Source of the DNA: Anthoceros angustus
Lineage: Eukaryota > Plantae > Anthocerotophyta
Assembly (NCBI GenBank): GCA_010909165.1
Contig: MU008192.1
Coordinates: forward strand, 124,001-188,000
Length of the DNA: 64,000 bases
Reading direction: 5' to 3'
Positions 59,536 through 64,000 of this stretch are shown one piece after another. Position numbers and translations under genes: made by a program. Every line of letters starts with the position of its first letter. The first letter of the stretch is position 1. The notes under the pieces were generated by a model. It saw only the letters and a program-made list of their open reading frames with translations. It was not told the DNA's origin and did not search any database.

Positions 59536-62500
59536 TGCACGCCAGGTTTTGACAGCTTGGCCACAAAGGATGTGGTGACATGGAATGCCCTGATTGCTGG
59601 GTATGCAGCAAGCTCGGACATGAGGCGCTTGTATGGACAAATGGAGCAGGAGGGCCTGATTTTGGCTAACCATGTTACTTTTGCTTGCCTTCTGAAGGCC
59701 TGTGCAAGCACTGGTACAGAAGGGCAGGCAGCTGCACTCACAGATTGTCGAAAGAGGACTGCTGGATGACGTAGTGGCAACTGCCTGGTGGACATGTATG
59801 CGGTGAACTGGAAGATGCACGCCAGGTTTTGACAGCTTGGCCACAAAGGATGTGGTGACATGGAATGCCCTGATTGCTGGGTATGCACAGCAAGGGCTTG
59901 GACATGAGGCGCTTGTGTATGGACAAATGGAGCAGGAGGGCCTGATTTTGGCTGACCATGTTACTTTTGCTTGCCTTCTGAAGGCCTGTGCAAGCACTGG
60001 TGCCTTACAGAAGGGCAGGCAGCTGCACTCACAGATTGTCAAGAGGACTGCTGGATGACGTAGTGTGGGCAACTGCCTGGTGGACATGTATGCAAAATGT
60101 GGTGAACTGGAAGATGCACGCCAGGTTTTTGACAGCATGGCCACAAAGAATGTGGTGACATGGAATGCCCTGATAGCTGGTTATGCCCAGCAACAGCTCG
60201 GACATGAGGCGCTTTTTTTGTATGGAAAAATGGAGCAGGAGGGCCTGATTTCTGCTAACCATGTTACTTTTGCTAGCCTTCTGAAGGCCTGTGCGGGCAC
60301 TGGTGCCTTACAGACGGGCAGGCAACTGCACTCACGCATTGTCGAGAGAGGACTGCTGGTCGACGTAGTGCTGGGCAACTGCCTGGTGGACATGTATGCA
60401 AAATGCGGTGAACTGGAAGATGCACGCCGGGTTTTTGCAAGCTTGGCCACAAAGGATGTGGTGACATGGAATGCTCTGATTGCTGGGTATGCACAGCAAG
60501 GGCTTGGACACGAGGCGCTTGTTGTGTATGCAGAAATGGAGCAGGAGGGCATGATTTTGGCTGACCATGTTACTTTTGCTTGCCTTTTGAAAGCCTGTGC
60601 AAGCACTGGTGCCTTGCAGAAGGGCAGGCAGCTGCACTCACAGATTGTAAAAAGGGGACTGCTGGGTGACGTAGTGCTGGGCAACTGCCTGGTGGACATG
60701 TATGCAAAATGTGGTGAACTGGAAGATGCACGCCAGGTCTTCTACAGCATGGCCACAAAGGATGTGGTGACATGGAATGCCCTGATAGCTGGGTATGCAC
60801 AGCAAGGACTCGGCCAAGAGGCGCTTGTTGTGTATGGACAAATGGAGCAGGAGGGCCTGATTTTGGCTGACCATGTTACTTTTGCTTGCCTTCTGAAGGC
60901 CTGTGCAAGCACTGGTGCCTTACAGAAGGGCAGGCAGCTGCACTCACAGATTGTCGAAAGAGGACTGCTGGATGACGTAGTGTTGGGCAACTGCCTGGTG
61001 GACATGTATGCAAAATGTGGTGAACTGGAAGATGCACGCCAGGTTTTTGACAGCAAAAGGATGTGGTGACATGGAATGCCCTGATTGCTGGGTATGCACA
61101 GCAAGGACTCGGCCAAGAGGCGCTTGTGTATGGACAAATGGAGGAGGAGGCCTCATTTTGGCTGACCATGTTACTTTTGCTTGCCTTCTGAAGGCCTGTG
61201 TGGTGCCTTACAGAAGGGCAGGCAGCTGCACTCAGATTGTCAAAGAGGACTGCTGGATGACGTAGTGGGCAACTGCCTGGTGGACATGTATGCAAAATGT
61301 GGTGAACTGAAAAATGCACACCAGGTTTTTGAAAGTTTGGCCACAAAGGATGTGGTGACATGGAATGCCCTGATAGCTGGGTATGCACAGCAAGGACTCG
61401 GCCAAGAGGCGCTTCTTCTGTATGGACAAATGGAGGAGGGCCTGATTTTGGCTGACCATGTTACTTTGCTTGCCTTCTGAAGGCCTGTGCAAGCACTGGT
61501 GCCTTACAGAAGGGCAGGCAGCTGCACTCACAGATTGTCAAAGAGGACTGCTGGATAACGTAGTGGGCAACTGCCTGGTGGACATGTATGCAAAATGTGG
61601 TGAACTGGAAGCACGCCAGGTTTTTGACAGCATGAACACAAAGGATGTGGTGACATGGAATGCCCTGATATCTGGGTATGGTGCTTGTGATGAAGGTCAC
61701 AAGGCACTAGCTTGTTTTGAGGAGATGTTAGTTGCCGGTATTCAGCCTGATGCTACTTTTACTTGCCTTTTAGTAGCATGCAGTCATGAGGGACTGGTGG
61801 ATGAGGGTCGCAGGCACTTTGATTCCATGGCTGAGCAGCATGGCATCAAACCTACTACTGAGCATTACAATTGCATGGTTGATCTTCTTGGGCGTGCTGG
61901 CCATTTAGATAAGGCTGAGAACATGCTCTTATCATGCGAGGGCCAAAGTGATGTTGTGGGCTTGACGTCTTTGTTGAATTCCTGCAAAACTCACGGGGAT
62001 ATACAGAGGGCGACGTGGTGTTTTGAAAGCATTGTTCGGCTGGACCCTCAGCAGGCGTCTGCATATGTGCTCATGGCCAATGCCTACGCAGACGCAGGTA
62101 GGTGGACCGATGTAGACAGGATTGAAGCACAGAGAATGGTAGCAGGAGCTAACAAGAAACCTGCAGTGGCGACCATCGAGGTGAAGAAGCAGGTACATAC
62201 ATTTGCGGTGGGAGAAAGAAGAGATGATATTGCGTTGAAGGTAGAGAGCACAAATGCACGTCTGAAGCAGGAAGGAGGCCACGTACCTCGCACACAATTG
62301 GTGTTGAAGCCACTGTCGGAGAAGGACAAGGAAGATGCGCTTTGTGGGCATGCTGAGAAGCTAGCTCTGGCGTTTGGTCTCTTGAACACTCCGAGTGGGA
62401 CACCTCTGGTGGTAACGAAGAATCTACGCATGTGCAGTGACTGCCACAGTTCCACGGAGATCATGTCAAGGCTTGAACAGAGAGACATCGTTGTAAGGGA

Positions 62501-63049
62501 TGGGTACCGTGTGCATCGATTCGCAAATGGTTTCTGCAGTTGTAAGGGTCGACCATGAGGGGAATGAAGTATCCAGTGCTCAAGTGTGTAGGCTGCAGAA
62601 TTTTGGCTACGGAACTCCATCCCCGTCCATACTGAGACATGGATGGCTACCATCTTCCGCATGGTGTTCCTGCTACCAGCCCTTGGCTAATGGAGTAGCA
62701 GCTGTACTGCTGACTGTTTTGCATGAAACAATTCCACGATGAGGCTTGCCCAGTGGAATGCTCTGTATGCGGGGTGCACTTATCTGATGCCAGCCTCCCA
62801 GTACTGAATAACCTCAATCTTTAGTCACTGAACCTACCGGTTGTGCCCTCATGCAGGATGGCAAGCAAATAGGGGAAAACTCCGGAGGTGGTTCTAGGTG
62901 TCTACATCTAGAGCACTACAGGACTCGGTATTCGTTAGCTAGGGACGCAACATCAAGTCCCCAAATATAGCGTAAGTGCCCTGTCATGTGTTGCACCGTG
63001 GCACTCCTCCTCGTCAGAGCATGGCGCCCCTCCTGAGCTACAGAAATTT

Positions 63050-63290
63050 CAGAATTGTGGAGGTGCCGTGGCGAGATCTGATGTAAAAGGTTGTTGAAGA
63101 TTTTGTTGATCAGTTTGAAGTGCTGCTGAAATTTGGGAATCTGTTAGAGGAAGGTCGTTGGTAACCGAAACACCCTGTGTTGTAACTTGTTTGTTGGCAA
63201 CTGCCAAAATGTGGGAAAGTGCAAGATGCATGCCACGATTTCCAAAAAGGATGTGGTGACAATGGAAGCCCTGATTGTGCGAACTAGACA
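63050..63290 (+). pseudogene. Short degenerate PPR fragment
   Basis: gttggcaactgccaaaatgtgggaaagtgcaagatgcatgccacgatttccaaaaggatgtggtgacaatggaagccctgattg resembles the S/P motif DNA of the upstream array. Confidence 0.55.
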
Positions 63291-64000
63291 ATTCAGCTCC
63301 AACTTGGATACTTCAGTTTCGAGATTGAATTGAACTGTTAACCAAACTGTAAATGACGAACCATGATCCCATATATAGGCCATCAAACTGAACCAGATAG
63401 AGAGTACCTAAGTCACCCATTCGAGATATCGGCTACTATCTTCCTTTTTCTTTTGCACGTGTTCCATTATATCCAAGGCCAAATCTAAACTCTTTATTGC
63501 TTGTAGGGTTTTGTGCCGAACATTTCAGCAAGTCAGCCAGTTCTCAATTTGTCTAAACACATTGATGCCGAAGATGAGGAGGCTCATACCTTTAGGATCG
63601 ATGGAGCCATAAACTAAAATGTTGATCTTGTTGTTTTTTTAGTCTTGTGTGGTCACCTTGCATATTTGTATTCATGAGCTTCTCTTTGGCTACTAGAGGC
63701 CATTTAGCTATATGTCGGGCTAGGAATTAAATGGAGGAAGATGTTGGTTCTAGGTTTAGGCAAGCATCTCTTCATGTGTGTGAATCAATTGCACAATATG
63801 GTAGCCACGAAGTATATCTCCCTATGCCAAGATTCAGGGTGGTGGGTAAAATAAAGAAGCAACCCATGGATTTGGCACTTATTGATTTGCAAGTATGTAG
63901 ATTCAGATGCTTTAAGGAGGAAGAGAGTGATAAGGGTGAAGCCTGTAAGGTTTTTTCATGTGGTTGAGTAGTTGCGACCATTGGAGACGCTCTGCCGCAG

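Larger units (their letters stand above)
54040..62558 (+). pseudogene. PLS-PPR gene with N-terminal OSB-type PDF motif and C-terminal DYW:KP (GRP) domain; disrupted in this sequence by duplications, insertions and indels
   Basis: WWDNRRDK...LPDFRRKGSGEVLWL is in frame with PPR repeats (ORF 55770-56750). 306-bp PLS triplets lie at 59535-61680. C-terminus: KKPAVATIEV...CGHAEKLALAFGL...KNLRMCSDCH...FCSCKGRP*. Confidence 0.75.

Noticed and set aside
36063-62558. Functional cluster of organelle-targeted genes (TruB, PPRs, FKBP16-3, OEX1-like)
   Set aside because: PPRs are very abundant in such genomes, so co-location is expected by chance; no evidence of co-regulation in the sequence.
63300-64000. 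AT-rich terminal segment with short ORFs
   Set aside because: No motif identified; truncated by the window edge.

Overview
Gene-dense, short-intron nuclear DNA from a seed-free land plant. A hornwort such as Anthoceros is my inference, based on a KPAxA...GRP-type DYW domain and the PLS-PPR density. Host genes in order: NAA15 (3' part), a ZIFL-like MFS transporter, a stand-alone homoserine dehydrogenase, CYP40/SQN, a TruB-like pseudouridine synthase, two convergent PLS-E+ PPR genes, FKBP16-3, an AMT2-type ammonium transporter, an intronless OEX1-like 5'-3' exonuclease, and a rearranged PPR locus ending in a DYW:KP (GRP) domain. A transposon island spans about 8.4-28.5 kb. Main finding: a minus-strand Ty3/gypsy retrotransposon (9448-18893) whose polyprotein carries a cytosine-5 DNA methyltransferase domain between protease and RT and a PHD finger after the integrase. 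It also has an extra AT-hook ORF downstream of pol and is inserted, with a 4-bp TSD, into a CRE-like RLE LINE. Second finding: a PLS-PPR gene with an N-terminal OSB-type PDF (ssDNA-binding) motif, probably continuous with the DYW:KP U-to-C editing domain. Many single-base indels and several microhomology-joined duplications suggest an error-prone assembly, so frameshifts and rearrangements must be checked against reads.
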